Assembly: GCF_009834535.1 (NCBI RefSeq)
Contig: NC_045698.1
Span: forward strand, 6,946,001-7,010,000
Length of the DNA stretch: 64,000 nt
Source: Camelus ferus
Lineage: Eukaryota
Reading direction: 5' to 3'
Made by a program: the position numbers and the translations under genes. Positions within the stretch are counted from its first letter, which is position 1. Every line of letters starts with the position of its first letter. Shown one piece after another: positions 26,768 through 41,155 of the stretch. Under the pieces are notes generated by a model. It ran no database searches. It was not told where the DNA came from and saw only the letters and a list, made by a program, of their open reading frames with translations.

Positions 26768-26834
26768 AAAAGTAATAAGATGGGTCCTAACTGTGGGAAG
26801 AAAATGGGGAAGGTCATTACTGGTACTAAATAAG

Positions 26835-27215
26835 TGTTGTGGGCCAATCTGCATTCTCCCGAAATTGAAGTTCCAATTCCCAGTGCCCAAAATGTAACTG
26901 TATTTGGTGACAAGATCTTTAAAGAGGTGATTAAGTTAAAATGAGGTCTTTCCCTTGGGCACTACTCCAATCCGATTGGTGTGTCCTTATGTGAAGAGGA
27001 AATTTGGACCCACAAAAACAGGCAGCAAAGGAAGATCTATGTGAGAATAAGGAGGGAAGGCGGCAGTCGAGCCAAGGAGAGGAGCCTCAGAAGCAGCCAA
27101 ACCACTGACCCCTTGATCTTGGACCTCCAGCCTCCAGAATTGTGAGAAAGTCCATTTCTGTTGCTTAAGCCCCCAGTCTAATATTTTATTACGGTCGTCC
27201 GAGCAGACAAACACA
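26835..27215 (+). mobile_element. MLT1 (MLT1B-like) MaLR solo LTR
   Basis: TG...CA; tttaaagaggtgattaagttaaaatgaggtc; ccttgatcttggacctccagcctccagaattgtgaga. Confidence 0.9.
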
Positions 27216-29659
27216 AGTACGTCCACTCGACTCCACTCTGGTCACCTACGGATGTTACGGCGGGCTAGAAACACTGGACACTCCTGCATGATGTCGTCAG
27301 CCTCCAAGCCAGGAGGCCTCCTTGTCGGTGAGACCTACCACTCCACGGTAGGTTTCTTTGTGTGGTTCAGTTAGTACATTTTTGGCTAAGAAAGCACAAT
27401 TTCCTTGTACCAACCTCAGGACAAGAGGAACAAGCACGAGAATAAGGTTTTCAGGCTTGATGCACGAGGTTCAACGTTCTTTTAAAATTTAAAACACGAA
27501 TGTCCAAAAGTGGTCCACATGAAACAGCTAACATAAATACGCCATGTAACAATAGGGATATTTCTTGATGGGCAGAAGTGTGGCTAAGACTGACGAGGAG
27601 TGTTCGAGGAGCCCTGCATGACAAGTTAGCTCGCTCTGAATCTTTAGACCGAAGCCCTTGCTTTCTCAGGCCTGAGCGTGATCGAAGTTGTGGGGGAGAG
27701 GGGGAGGGGATGGGTGTAAACACACCACGGCTCATGCAGAAGAGCTGGGGCTGCGAAACTAGTGGCTTCTGGTGGAAAACTCGCTCACAAGGCACATGGC
27801 TTCCTCCTTGCTCTTTGAAAGTGGACCTGGCTTTGATCAATAAGCTATTATAAATATGATGCACAGTTGCGAGAGAAAATCACTTCTGTTTCAGAGGAAA
27901 TGGCACAGATGAAGGCGCCGCCATCGCCTTTGAAAGTCAATACCCCCTGCGGTGATGCAGCGGCTGCAGTCGTGGGCAGCCCTGCAGGTTAGCCGGGCAG
28001 CAGGCGGGCAGTCTGGCTGACTACTGGAAGGGCGCTGCCTCCAAAAGCTTGCAGAAGCTAAGGTTTTCTTTGGAATCAGGGCAATGGTCGATTCAGGGGT
28101 TGGTTTTTTTCGTTTGGTGTTGTTTTGATTTTGGTTTTTTTTTGTTGTTGTTGTTGTTTTTGCTGAAACACTTTTTGGTAAACAATAACTGTCAGAGATC
28201 TGTTCTCTTGCAAATCCAATATATGCCGTCTGCCCTTCCGGGCACTCTCTTAAGAGGTCTGCCCCAGCCCACCAACCTTTTATTACACTGTCTGTAATGC
28301 TCCTAAAAATACTCCATCAGATCCAGTGTGATGTTGTGTATGTGCCAGTTCATTTAAATTACAACTGTAGAGACGTCAGCTGCTCTAGTAACAAATGGAG
28401 AGCCCAGCGGTGGTCTGAAGAAGTGATGGTCAGGAAGCAGCTTCCTGGGTGTCTGTTACCTACATCTCAGTCACCAAGCTGGACTGCACATATTAGCGCA
28501 CTCAGTGTCTGAGATGCATCTTTATTAATGAAAATGGTGGCCTCTCAAACTTCACCGAGGGATGTCAGAACTAGTTTCTTCTTAGCAAAATTAAAGGTAT
28601 TCAAGATGGCAAAAATATTTCAGAGATACCCCCCACTCTCCAAAGGGTATAAGAATTCAGAGAAGCTTGTTGTCACCCCCTTAGGAACAGGGCAAGGGCA
28701 GGGCCCCTCAGCATCCTGGGTTTAGCCACCCGGGGCTGGGGTAGGGGGTGGTTCTGGTTGTCAGAATTGCAAAGGCAGAGCCTGCTCCAACAAGTTGTCA
28801 TGTCTCTCTAATTTCACCAGAACACCTACGGCACAGAGAGCTGGGACTTCATGTGTCTTATAAGCAGGTTGGATCTCTTGTGTCTTCTGCTAATAGGCAT
28901 ATGTTTAGTAAATACCCACATGAGATACAGGAGCATCTGAGCTGAGACTTGCCTTCATTAGAAACTAGCATTGATGTTGTAAGGAAGTAGCTAACCTGCA
29001 GTCACCTCTAAGGCTACACGGTGAAGGCTACACTATCAACCAAAAAGAATCAAATTGCCTCAAGTCATTCTCCAAACCACCTGGATGACCCCAAGCCCTG
29101 TTAGTGTTACCTACTTTCTCTAACCCCAATTCAAATCGAGACTTCCCTTCAACCACCTCCTTCTGCAGAAAGTCTTCTTCACCTAAGGTCTTACTTTGCA
29201 TCCAGAAAATAAGGGTTAGAGAAATTACACTATACTCTCATCGTCTGGCCATGACCTTTGGGGCAATGTTTTCTAGGTCTAAGTATTTGAAGCCAATTTT
29301 CTAAGACCTCATTTTCTATGCTTGCAAATTATTTTCTATCTCCTTAAGCAATGAGCCAGTCCTATGAACACAGAAATGCTTGCCACATGTATCCCCTGTT
29401 TCTATGCCTACTGTGAGCATGATTAACTTCAGGGTCAAGAAGAGAGACCACAGTTTGGCTCTGAGCCCCAAGAAATGATCCAGGAAAAGAGTGTGGACAA
29501 TGATGGTACAGAAAGACAGCACTGTTAGTGAGCCTTTGCATTCATGCATTTTACAGTGAAAACACCTGCATCATTGAATTTATGGAACCCTAGGAAAGAA
29601 GTCTACTGCCCCAGAGGCTTAGGGTGGTCTCAATTTTTCCTTCAGCTAATGCTTTAAAG

Positions 29660-29870
29660 GGAGGTAATGTGGCATTTTCTCAAGAAACCTGGATTTGCAA
29701 TTGATGGGTTCAAGTTCATAGTCAACCATAGTGAATATAACATTAGGCAATGTATTTAGTATCTTTGAGACTCCAGATGTTCATATATAAAATGGAAATA
29801 CTGTTTATGCAATAAGATCATTGTGAGGATTGAATAAGTGATTGGTGTATTATAAAATCCTATACCACCA
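29660..29870 (+). mobile_element. MIR SINE
   Basis: gggttcaagttc...ttaggcaatgtattta...taaaatggaaata...ttgtgaggattgaataag. Confidence 0.6.
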
Positions 29871-30960
29871 TAAGGCTTTGTTATTTTCAAGTATTCACTT
29901 CTTTTGACACCAAGATCATCTTGAAAGTACTATTTCAGTCTGAAAGTTCCATTGAAATTACACAAATAACCTATTAGAATCTTTAAATAAAAAGGAAAAA
30001 ATTAACAAAAAGTTCCTTTTTGAGTTAAGAATGCTGCATTTTGGAAAGATTTTTGTTTTTATTAAAACAGATGGTGAATACAGAATTTCTCATAGACTTG
30101 ATACCTGACATTTGGGACTTTTTCATTTCTTTTCAAAGTAGAGATAGAAGTAATAAATTAGAATGAATATAATTTATTTCTATCGGCAGCCCAGATGGTT
30201 CTGGAGGGCAGAGCAAAGCTCTAAGGCGAGCATGGTGACCCCAGCTAGCTCCCAGAAGCTCTGCCCGCGCTCATTTCCCCTGCTGAGATTCAAACGACAC
30301 TTCCATCCCTAGCACTTGGAGGGAAGCTTGCTGTTCTCGACTGCAATAACTTTCTTGGAATGACAAAGTAGACACATATATATCTTTGCCTAAAGTCAAG
30401 TTTTATGAGACCATCTATTCCCATTCGTAGGCAGGTCCATTTTTTACTGAATTAACATTAAGAAGAAGGCATTTGGCTTTATCAAGCATGTTTCTTCCAC
30501 TTTAGTAGAATAAGCAGTTCAAAATGTGCCAGAAAGATGATGAAAGCAACGAAACCATTTATCTGAAGGGAAAGAGAGATAAGATCACTAGGAGCCTGCA
30601 GATTAAAGAACCTAATTTCTGTTTTAGATTGATATATAAACACACTTGGAGACAAAACGCGGGCAAAGGACACATCTTCAATGTTCTCCCTCCAATTTTA
30701 ACTTTAATTAATTCTCTGTATTTCATAACAATGTATTTCCTAATCACACAGGGGCTTGCTTCAGAATTCTAAGTAGGACTGTTACCGTTCACAAGTCATC
30801 CTTGTGTTTCTAATGACTCAGTTTTAAACTATTAACAGATATCTCATCTTTGGTTAATTAAATAGGCTAATTTTCCTTGCCTAACAATTATTCATAATAC
30901 TCTGATATTTTTTAAACTCCAAAATAACCATCTGGAAAATATACACTCTCAACTTAAGTT

Positions 30961-31454
30961 TGTATCTGTATTAGAGTTCTCCAGAGAAACCGAGCCAGTA
31001 GGAGGTATATTGATAGATATGTAGGAAGAAATGTATTACAGGAATTGGCTCATGCAATTATGGTGCCAAGCAGACCCACAGTCTGCTGTCTGCAAGCAGG
31101 AGAACCAGGAAAGCAGGTGGAGTAATTCAGCCAGAGCCCAAAGGTTGAAGATGGCGTAAGTCCTGGGGCCCCTAGACCTGAGAACCAGAACCCTCAGTGT
31201 TCCAAGGCAGGAAAAGATGGACCACTCAGCTAAAGAAGAGAGAAATTTCACTCCTCATCTACCTTTTCTGTCTGTTTGGACTTTGGACAGAGTGGAGGAT
31301 GCCCACTAGTGAGGGTGACTTCCCTCAGGTTACTGATTCAAAGTCTAATCTCTTCCAGAAGCAACTTCACAGATGCACCTAGAAATAAAGTTTTAACCAG
31401 CGATCTGGCCATCCTGTAGCCCATTACAGTTGACGCATAAAGTGAACCGTCACA
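30961..31454 (-). mobile_element. MLT2 ERVL solo LTR
   Basis: gagttctccagagaaac...aggaattggctcatgcaattatgg...agttgacgcataaagtgaaccgtcaca. Confidence 0.9.
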
Positions 31455-33149
31455 GCATCCTACTATTTCCAATTGGGAAAGTGTGAGCGTAGATTGCTGA
31501 GTAAGATATTCACGATCCCCAGACACAGAGGGGCCCGAATTTCAAAGCACTTCCCGTTTCGCAGCACAGTAATCTGGGGTAAGAGGGAATTCTTTAAGCA
31601 CGCAGAGCAAGACGGAAGTAGAATGTGTGTGTGGTTTTGACAGCCCTCCTAAGGTCAGCTCGTTCTTGCCTGCAGATAGTGGTGGTCTCTGGAGACGAGA
31701 AAGGGTGGGAGGTTCCCTGCCCCATGGCTTTGCTACCACCAGAGGGCACACCACTACGGAAGCAGGTTTCAGACTCACTTCTGCCACACACAATTCTTGG
31801 CAAGCACACACGTTGCAGGTTGCTCGGCAAGCAGGCATGAAGCAGTCTGTTCCCGGAAGCTCGATGGAGCCCCAGCTCTCAGGCACTTCAGCACCCCTGG
31901 AGCACCTTGTGTGATCCAGACACAGAATTCCCAGTTAAAAGGCCAGAAGTGAAAGGCAACCGAGCCCTAGGCCAAGGGCAACGCTCCAAAGGAGCACACA
32001 GAGCCTGCAGGGCCCCAGACACCTGCATCTTACCCACGGGAGGGCAGAGGGACACGGGCAGGGCTTATCCAACCCACGAGCACCAGGTACCACGAGTACC
32101 TCTCACTGCCCTCAACAAGAATTCTCTCCAGTGGTCTTTACATGGATTCACCAGTCTCCACCGCAGAGATTTGCAGATGAGGATGGTTGAGGATTTGGGG
32201 CAGAGGGCGCTGGGCTCTGGGCTCCGGTTCAGTATCTTTAAATTGCTAAGCACGCCTGTGGATGGAGTGTGCACTTCTCTTCAGGACCTTATAAATGCTA
32301 ACCAACCACCCCCAGGATAGAAAGTAAAACTAACTAGCTCACCATATAAATATTTCACACTGTCTCTGCTGAAGTATTTCACAGGAAAATCACTTACGTG
32401 TGACCAATGGCACTCAGGGTGACGGCCAGTAGAAGGCAGAGGGACAGTGTGACCATTCTCTTAATTTCTCTGGCCTGTTCCCTTTCACACAGCCCAGGTT
32501 TTCTCAACTAGGGCACCAGAAGGGATTTTTCTCCTCCAAGTTTGAACAAAAGACCAAAAAGATAAATAAAAAATAGCTAGAGATGAAAATTTTAAACACG
32601 CAGGCACCCCAAGAGGAAAACTGGGGTTTAAGTAAACAGACGTAAAAAACAACGTGCGTTATAACTGCTTTTTTCTGATAAATGTTCTAGAAAAGATTCA
32701 GATAGGTGCCTTATAATCTTACAGGGCTTTTATTTGAGCAGTCGTCAAAGCTGAGATGCGCCCAGAGAGCCCAGGTGGTCAGGACATCACAGGAAGGTGG
32801 TCCCCAGCCCAGCGTCCGGTTCCCAAACAGGCTAATGGATTTCAATCTGTTTCCATTTCAAATGCACCACATCCAAGAAAGCCCAAACCCACAGCCTGCC
32901 CCCAGGGCAGAGTAAAGTTGATTTACACAAGACGAAGACATATGTTCCATTCCATATAAGTTATCCGCTCTATGTTTTAAGCTCACAGGGATTTAACTTG
33001 TGTCAGAAAGAACAATGCTGGCTGGGCTCAACAGAACTGTTTACCAGGGAGAGACCCTGTTTGAGAAGCATGTCTCTGAAACTCAGTTTTTCTCCCTTGG
33101 AGGGCAGGATACCTGAACTCAGATTCACTGCTTTGCTGTGTCTACTTAC

Positions 33150-34650
33150 TGGTTCATCAAATATTTACCAAGAGTCCCCCTGCCATGCGGCACCAGGGCT
33201 GACCCCGAGCAGCTACAAAGAAAATAGGATGTGGTTCCAGCTCTCAAGGAGCTTTGATTCTGAGCTTGATTTAAAAATCAGAAGAAATGGCTGTGAACGG
33301 TGGTGAGTGACTCAGTACAAATGAATGTCAGAGTCCAGAAATGATATAGTGCCAAAACAGGAGACTGTATAAGAAAAACTCCCATTTTTCCTTTAGTCTC
33401 ATGCCATGCACCACACTTCACTTCTGACACCCAATATATGGGGTGTCCTACCATTCAGTTCATTCCGACACTAACCAGAGTTAGTGCAGACCACGCAGGG
33501 GAAGGGCTCAGACCCACAGGACTGCCCTCCACTTCAGACCCCAAAGGCAAGCAGTGGGTCCCCAGGTTGCCCCCAACTTCAGTCCAACTTGGCTACCAAC
33601 CAGGGGTTCTCACAACCCTCTCCCTGAATTAAATCATTTGCTAGAGCAGCTCACAGAACTCAGGGAAACACTCACTTAACGTTTACCAGTTTATTGCATA
33701 ATAAAGGATGTGATGAAGGATGCTGGTGAGCAGCCTGATGCAGAGACACAGAGGTCTGGGAGAGTCACGAGTGCAGGAGCTTCTGTCCACATGGAGCTGG
33801 GGTGCCCAGTATATGGATGGGTTCACCGGCCTGGCGTGATTGACTGCTAACTCTATTTCCAGCCTCTGCCCCCACTTGGACAACGGGGGGAGGAGCTGAA
33901 AGTGACAAGCTTCCAGTCACGGCTTTGTCTCTCTGGTGACCAGCCCCCACTCAGAAGCCCCCCAAGGGTCACCTCATTAGAACAGAAAAATTTCATTACC
34001 CAGGATCTTTGAAGGGATTTAGGAGCTTTGCACCAGGAACCAGGGTCAAAGACGAAATATTAGAACAAACGATTCTCCTAGCATCTTTGTTTACAAGCGT
34101 TTCCCGGGCTCTATGTCAAGAACCGGGGGCAGAGACCAATATGTACATATTTCTAATTATTTCACAGAGACACCGGAAACTGAAGTGGTCAAAAAATAGA
34201 AATAAAACAAGCCTCTTAGAGAAGCTGGTTCTGGCGGGACTTGAAGCTGTCACAGAATATGTTTGGAGAGAGGAGAGTGTCCACTCGAATAAAGAGGAGG
34301 AACAGGCAAAGAGACAGTCATAGGAAAGGGGATCTGGTCTCCTGCAGAACAAGACAGCCAGAGGTGAACACGGGTGCCAGCGCATAACGGGAAGAAAATG
34401 TCGACAAGACTGCAGTCTGAACCCAGAAGATACTGAGTGAATTTTACCCTTTGCCCTGTATGCAATGGAGGCCTTTCAAAAAGGGAGGGTACATGATAAA
34501 TAAGGTATTTTAGGGCCTAAAGGTTCCTGCAGTAAGAATGCACTGGAAGGAAGAAAGACACAAGGCAGGACAGTCTGTGGGAAAACAATTTCAGTGATGC
34601 AGGCATGAAGCAGTGTGGGTCTAGACCAGAGAGGGGCAGTGAGACTGGAA
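33150..34650 (-). mobile_element. L2 fragment interrupted by the MER21-like LTR
   Basis: L2 3' motifs at 33150-33365 (caaatatttacc...ccagctctcaaggagctt), continuing after 34171. Confidence 0.55.
33366..34166 (-). mobile_element. MER21-like solo LTR
   Basis: TG...CA ends with perfect 5-bp TSD GAGAC (33361-33365 / 34167-34171); tttgctagagcagctcacagaactcagggaaacact motif. Confidence 0.9.
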
Positions 34651-35359
34651 ACCAAAGTGTTCTGTTCATTTTCCCCTGGGGAAAAAGAAAGCACAGCTAC
34701 CCCAGAAAAATCGCTTTGGCAGGGGCCCCACATAATAGATTGTCCTTCAGTGATTTCTCCTGTGGTTTTTTGCTTTAACTGACCACCAAATAATTGCTCC
34801 GGCACCAGCCTATTTATCATCCTCCCAAGTCCAGCCCAGCAGACCTGAACTGAATGAAAGGATTTCGGAACTGGTGGGCTCACTGGACTGCAAGATCACT
34901 TTCCTGCTGATCTTCCATTGCTGTTTGAGGCGGTTTCTGTCTCCCGGGCAGCACAAGCAAGGTATGCCTACACATCACAGCTGACACCTGGGGCAGGCCA
35001 GGTTTTTGCCCCCAGCATAGCTGTACAGCGCTTCAACTCGGTGTGTCTTTGAATACCATGCTTTACCTTTTAGCCTTACCAAGGATCTATGAGGTTATAA
35101 AATCTTTATTACAAATTTTTAAGTCAAAACTGAGTGCTACCTGTGCATATATGAACTGAATGCAGCAACTGCTGTCCTGGGGGTATGTACTAGATATGTA
35201 ACTGTGCTTTAGGTTCTCCCTAAAATCCAAAACCATTGCTGCCTGGTCCCTAGATCCTAGAGTCAGGAGCTCTAACTAATAGATAATACCTCAAAATTAC
35301 CTCAACTACAGCTGCCACTTGGCTGCCCAGTAACCAATGAGATTCTTTTTATAAAAATT

Positions 35360-38300
35360 TCAACTTCTGTTTTCTAGTCTAGCATTTGAGGATCTTGGAA
35401 CTCACCACTTCACCCTCACAACAAGTAAAAAGCTGAACAAGCTGAAAAATTAACCACATTCAAGGCTATTAAACACACTTTGACAATTTTTAAAAAGTAG
35501 AAATTAGATAAAGCCTGCTCTCAGACCACAAAGGAATTAAACTAGAAATCAATAATAGAAAGATAGCTGGGAAATCCCAAAACACTTGGAGAGTACACAA
35601 AGCATTTCTAAATAGCACGTGGGTCAAAAGATAAATCTCAAGAGATATTTTAAAATATTTTGAACTAATTGAAAATGAAACTACAATTTAGAAAAATCTG
35701 TAGAATGCAATGAAATCAGTGCTTAGAGAGAAATTTGTAGCATTGAAAGTATATATTAGAAAAGAAGCAAGATCTGAAATAAAAAATCCAAGCTTCCACC
35801 TTAGGAAACCAGAAAGAGGAGTAAAGTAAATCCAAAGTAAGCAGAAGAAAAGAAATAATAAAAATTAGAGCAGAAAGCAGTGAACTTGAAAATAGGAAAT
35901 CAAGAGAGAAAACTGATGAAACCAAAAGCTGGTGCTTTGAAAAGATCAATAAAATCAATAAGCTGCTAGCCAGGCTAACTAAGAAAGCAGCAGAAGAGAC
36001 AAATTACTGACACCAGGATTGAAAGAGGGGACATAACTACAGATCACACAGACATTAAAAGGATAATAAAGGAATACCATGAACAACTCTATGCCCACAA
36101 ATTTGACAGCCTACATGAACTGGGCCAATTTCTTGAAAGATACAGTCTTCCAAAACTCACACAAGAAAAAGACAATCTGAGTAGGTCAATATGTATTAAA
36201 GAAACTGAATCAATAATATGTGGTTTTCCAAGCAGAAAGCACCAAGCTCAGATAGGTTCAATGGTGAATTCTACCAAATATTGAAGGAAAAATTAGACCG
36301 ATTCTCCATAATCCCTTTCAGAAGACGGAAGAGGAGGAGACACTTCTTACTCATCCTGTGAAGTTATCACTACCTTAATACCAAAACCAGACAAAGACTC
36401 TACAAGAAAACTAGACATAATAACTTTCATGAACATAGATGCAAAAATTCTCAATCAAATATTAGCAAATCAAATCCAACAATGTATAAAAAGAATTATA
36501 TACCATGACAAAATAGGATTCATCCCAGGTGTACAAGGCTGGTTCAACATTTGAAAATCAGTTAATGTAATCCATTATATGACAAGGCTAAAGAAAAAAA
36601 TCACATGATTTTATCAATAGATGGAAAAAAAAAGCGTATGACAACATCCAACACTCATTCACAATAAAAATTCTCAACAGACTGTGAATGGAGAGGAAAT
36701 TTCTCAACGGCATAAAGGCCATCTACAAAAAACCTACAACTACTATCACACTTAACAATGAGACACTAGAAGCTTTGCCACTATGATAATGAGCAAGGCA
36801 GGGGTGTAACTTCTCACCACTCCTTTTCAACACCATACTGCTAGTACTAGCTAAGGCACTAAGATTTTCTTTGAAAAGGAAATAAAAGGTATACAGTTTG
36901 GGGAAGAAGAAATAAAACTGCTCTTGTTTGAAGATGACATAATTGTCTATATAGGAAACCAAAAGAATCAACAAAAATCTTCTGGAATGAATAAATGATC
37001 ATAGGAAGTTTGCAGGATGTAAGATTAATTACTAAAAAGTCAGTCACTTCCTTACAAGCAATGAACAAATGAAATTTGAAATAAAAAGCACAATACCATT
37101 TACAGTAGATCCCCTCCAAAATGAAATACTTAGAAATAAATACAATAAAATATACACTAGAGCTTTGTGAGGAAAACTATAAAACTCCGATAAAAGAAAT
37201 CAAAGAAGAAGTAACTAAATGGGGATATTTTCCATGTTCATGGATAGGAGGACTCAATATTGTCAAGATGTCAGTTTCTCCCAACTTGATTCAAAATCCC
37301 AGCAACGTATTTTGTGGACATTGACAAACTGATTCTAAAGTTTCTCTGGAGAGTCAAAAGACCCAGAATAGTCAACACAATACTGATGGAGAGCCAGGTC
37401 AGAGGAGTGACAGGGCCCAACTTCAAGATTTGTACTAAAAAGCTACAGTAATCAAGAGAGTGTGGTATTAGTGAAAGAACAGATAAATAGATCAATGGAA
37501 CAGAATAGAGAACTCAGAAATAGATCCTCATAAATACAGCCAACTGATCTTTGACAAAGGAACAAAGGCAATACAATGGAACAAAGATTGTCTTTTCAAT
37601 AAATGGTGTTGGAACAACAGGACATCACATGCAAAAAAAAAAAAAAAAAGAATCTGGACACAGGCCTTATACTCTTCACAAAAATTAATGCAGAATGGAT
37701 CACAGACCTAAATGTAAAACACAAAACTATAAAACTCCTAGAAGATAACATAACACAAAATAATAATGACCTTGGGCAGAGTGGTGATGTTTTAGATACA
37801 ACACCAAAGGTGCAATCTATGAAAGAAAGAATTGATAAGCTAGACTTCATTAAAATTTAAAATTTCTGTTCTGTGGAAGCTGTAGCCAAGGGAGTGAGAA
37901 GACAAGCCATAGGCTGGATGAAAAATTTACAGAAGACATATCTGATAAAGGATGGTTATCCAAATATGCCAAAAAAAAAAAAAACCCTCAAAAATAGTAA
38001 TTTAAAAACTGGTTTAAAAGTGGGCAAAAGACCTAAACAGATACTTCACCAAAAAAAGATATGCAGGTTGCAAATAAGCATATGAATAAATGTTCCACAT
38101 CATAATTCATTAAGAAATTGAAAATCAAAACAACAATGAGATGCAACTACCACCTATTTAAATGGCCAAAATCCAGAACACTGACAACACCAAATGCTGA
38201 CAAGGATGTGGAGCAACAGGAACTCTCATTCACTGCTGGTGGGAATGAAAAATGATGCAACCACTTTGGAAGAGTTTGGCAGTTCCTTTAAAAAACAAAC

Positions 38301-38800
38301 ATACTTTTACCATAGAATCTAACATTTATTCCTTGGTATTTACCCAAATGAGTTGAAAACTTATGTCCACACAGAAACCTGCACAAGGATGTATTCATAA
38401 TTGCCAAAACTTGGAAGCAACAGGAACCAAGATGCCTTCAGTAGGTAACTTATAAATAAACTGTGTTGTATTCAGACAATAGAATGTTGTTCAATACTAA
38501 AAGGAAATGAGTTATCAAGCCATGAAAAGACACGACATACCCTGAAATGCATATTACTAAGTGAAGGAAGCCAATCTGGAAAGGCTACATACTGTATGAT
38601 TCCAACTGTATGACATTCTAGAAAAGAAATACTTTGGAGACAATAAAAATATCAGTGGTTACAAGGAGTTGGTAGGGAGAGAGGGATGAATAGATAGAAT
38701 GCAGACAAATTTGGGGGCAGTAAAAATACTCTGTAAGATACTATAATGGTGAATAAAGGTTACTACACATTTGTGAGAATCCGTAGAATGTACAACACAC
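35360..38800 (+). mobile_element. L1MC1-like element, decayed ORF2 and 3'UTR
   Basis: Colinear ORF2 remnants (ctcagaccacaaaggaattaaactagaaatc; taccaaaaccagacaaagac; ORF-track peptides [15 protein letters not shown]) with many stops; L1MC-type 3'UTR. Confidence 0.9.
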
Positions 38801-38829
38801 AGCTACATAGGATGGCTTCTCAGGAGTGA

Positions 38830-38965
38830 CAAGCTATTAGCTCACATTCATGGAGGCTGGCGATGTGTCCAGCACTGTTAAATGAATTCACTCAGAAGCA
38901 AAGGGTATTTTTCTCTTAGCACATCCATTCTGCAGATGAAAAAACTAAGGATAAGAGAGCACATA
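38830..38965 (-). mobile_element. MIR fragment
   Basis: ccattctgcagatgaaaaaactaagg core. Confidence 0.5.
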
Positions 38966-40990
38966 AGAGATCTCCACCTGGAGGGAAGTGGAAGAGATCT
39001 GGAAGGCATGTGAGATGTTTACAGGAGCTTCTGGAGTCCCCTTCACCTGGTCACTTTTCCAGACGATAAGCAGTGAACCCTAGCATCTCTGACAGCACAT
39101 CTGAGGCGCTCATGGTTGCACACAGGAGGATATATTGTTTCAGACGTTATTCTTCCAAGCTACTAAGCCCTAGATGGGAGGACTTGGGAGGCAGGCTGGG
39201 AGGACAGGATGGGTGGAAAGCTGCTGCAGTCTCCATGTCATAAGGAACTGCTGCTGCCCCTCACGTAGCAGTCCTATGGTCCTGAAGTGGCTCAGACTCT
39301 GGTCTGGGTTCAGGAGCTGGGTGGGGGCTTTCCCACGGCGCTGTGCTTGCTACTCCATCCCCTGTTCAAAGATCAGGAATGCAGTACAGGATAAGGGCCA
39401 AAATACAGAGACTTAGGGAATGTGAGAAGGCCTGGATGAAGACCACTGATGAAGAGCAATGATGGGGGAGAGTCAGGGTCCCCGAGACCAAACTACAGGA
39501 GACTTATCCCCAGGACTGGAGAGGCTCATGGCCTCCATCCACAACTGCTTCTTCTTTGGTTTTGCATTTTAGACATGTATCCTCTAGTTTTGATGACTTG
39601 GTCTGGGCTGAGGTTGCATTGTGATTTCCATTCTCCAATGTAATTCTGTTTCCTTATCTCCGTTGGAGAATCAAATAGCATATTAATATAATACATTACA
39701 CTAGATTTCACCTACAGCATGCAGTGAAAGCTATTTTCCAACCTTTTCAGCCTGAGCTCAAATAAAGTTAATCAAATTTAATATGTCATTAATAAAAGTT
39801 GGTCTATGGACCAATAGTTATTTGGGGATGGGGGTTGGGGGAAAATTTTTGAAGGATAATTTAAAGGTCCATTTGATTTAAGATGAGTTCACGTTTAGCA
39901 GTGCAATTTCGCTGCATTTACTATGTATCTCTGTGATGTATGTAAGGCAGGAAAACCAACCTTTATGTTTTCTATCTATAATTAATGAGTGGCTTCTAGC
40001 AGTGTTGGGGAGAGGAGGGAATTGTGATTACAGAAGATCAACTCATTTGAGAAATGTCAAGTCTTCTAGAGGCCAGTTGAAACCAGCCCAAGTGTCAGCT
40101 TTCTCACTTTTGTATTATGAGATTTTACAGTCTTTTTCTTCAAGTCATGATTGGATGAAACATGATTAGAAAGGGGGCAAAAGAGACATGATATGATGAT
40201 GGTTTAAATTATTAAAGCCAATTACTGGACATGAATGCCAACAGTCACAGTCCTGTGGGTTTTCTAAGGAAGTCCTGGGGAATAGGAGGGTCCTCAGCCC
40301 TTCTCTGGCCCTTCAGAGCAAGATCTCCCCAACCGGTCTCTGCCTACAGACCAAGTCCACCCTGGTGAGGCAGCCATAGTGGAAAATTCCAAGAAGAAGC
40401 CTTGGTCTCACTAGGCATCCAGAATTTGATCTCTCTTCCATCAAATGGAGCCCAAGATCTCAGGGCTGCTAACTCCTTGGCCTTTCTGTCCCTCCTTCCC
40501 GTCACCTGGGAGTGGCCTCCAGGAGAACTGTAGGGATCTGTGATTCCATCCACACTTGGCGGGGAAAGTGCCACACTGCAGGGGAAGTGGGAGGTCACCC
40601 ATACTGCATATCTCCCATCTCTACCACTGCAACCCCCTTCCTGAGTCCACCTCCCCAGGAGACCATGTCGAGCCTTCTGGCGAAGAGTGCTACTCTTACA
40701 CCTCCATCTACTGACAAGGGCCTAGTTTAGAAAGCACAGTCTGGTGAAACTACAAGCCAACCTGACCCAGCATTGCCCACCACATTCACTTTGCTAACCG
40801 GCCTGCAGTGCCCATCAAGTGGACGCCATCGCTCCCTATGACCCCCATCCCTGAACAAAGATGTGTCTCCCCCATTCCTGATCGCTCCTTTACAGTGCAC
40901 ATCAGTCTGCTTAGCCTAATCCTTTACTAAAAGAATCCAAACACAGCACAGTTTATTTCACTAAGGATTTGGTGTTTTCAGCACCTTGGT

Positions 40991-41155
40991 CAGTGGCTCT
41001 CAGCCCCGACGGTGCACCTGAAATTCTGTCTGTGTTTTTTTCAGTGCTGATGCCTAGGCCTCATTTCCTGGAGACTATAACATAACTGGTCTTCGTGGAG
41101 TCCAAGCACTGGCATTTTTGCTGTATGCGGGAAGGCAGCCAGGGGTAAGAATGTG
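40991..41155. mobile_element. MER5-like MITE
   Basis: cagtggctctcagc...gctgatgcctaggcctc...gcagccaggggtaagaa. Confidence 0.55.
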
